A stretch of 64,000 bases of DNA from an uncultured delta proteobacterium (lineage in GTDB: Bacteria > Desulfobacterota > Desulfomonilia > Desulfomonilales > Desulfomonilaceae), in the NCBI GenBank assembly GCA_963789265.1, contig CAWBKB010000001.1, positions 1,440,001-1,504,000 of the forward strand, in the 5' to 3' direction. Of this stretch, positions 63,707-64,000 are shown piece after piece. The notes beneath the pieces were generated by a model. It was not told the DNA's origin and did not search any database. It was given only the letters and a program-made list of their open reading frames with translations. How positions within the stretch are numbered: the stretch's first letter is position 1; every line of letters starts with the position of its first letter. The translations under genes were made by a program, and so were the position numbers.

Positions 63707-64000
63707 GTACGGTCCTTCTTTCCCCAAAGACTTCCACCTTGGTATTTTTCTGCCTCCTCGGAGGATTGAAGCTCTATATTTCGCCACTTGTCCCGTTTCA
63801 CCCGGCTATTGACGTGGATATTTACTGGGGCAGCCATGCCGAAAGAGACTCCGCCGAGCATGATCTCGACCTGATCCGGCTCTTGTTCGTGATATAGAAG
63901 GGCGACTTGTTTGCCTATGAGGGGGACAGGCGCTTCAAAGATCCTTCCGTCCAAGCTTATGGTCCTGTCTTTTGCTACTCTTCGTCGCACGGTCTTGCGA
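63703..64000 (-). CDS. DDE transposase, Mu-like C-terminal domain (partial, runs off the right edge)
   Basis: RRVAKDRTISLDG..FEAP..LIGKQV; coupled to the AAA gene. Possible element end at the TGT at 62786. Confidence 0.8.
   Translation of the reverse strand, partial: RKTVRRRVAKDRTISLDGRIFEAPVPLIGKQVALLYHEQEPDQVEIMLGGVSFGMAAPVNIHVNSRVKRDKWRNIELQSSEEAEKYQGGSLWGKKDRT

Noticed and set aside
1..64000. CRISPR array or cas genes
   Set aside because: No regularly spaced repeat-spacer series and no Cas motifs seen.

Overview
Accessory DNA from an anaerobic deltaproteobacterium, probably Desulfomonile-like (inference from gene content and the domain at 48402-48749). Two identical 47-bp copies of the 3' half of tRNA-Phe (966-1012, 21307-21353, minus strand) indicate tandem islands integrated at tRNA-Phe. 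The intact tRNA is not in the window and should lie to its right. Island 1 (~20.3 kb) has a truncated tyrosine integrase and matching arm-type repeats at both ends. It carries a sigma-54-controlled catabolic operon: TorT-like ABC importer, LamB/PxpA, GabT-type aminotransferase, a split urea-carboxylase-like biotin system, flavin oxidoreductase, Mo aldehyde oxidoreductase, TusE and cysteine desulfurase; this looks like a lactam-utilisation pathway. The remainder is a mosaic of signalling, stress, secreted and mobile genes with many relics. The most unusual items are two dispersed copies of an unrecognised ~290-nt structured RNA with compensatory base changes, and a short family-A polymerase with a Glu->Gln steric-gate substitution next to an ori-like spacer and an HTH protein. 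Also notable are a membrane Ser/Thr kinase fused to a catalytically dead alpha/beta-hydrolase, and four +1 frameshifts that all sit on the same AGTACC/GGTACT motif (likely methylation-linked sequencing errors). All assignments come from reading motifs by eye; no searches were run.
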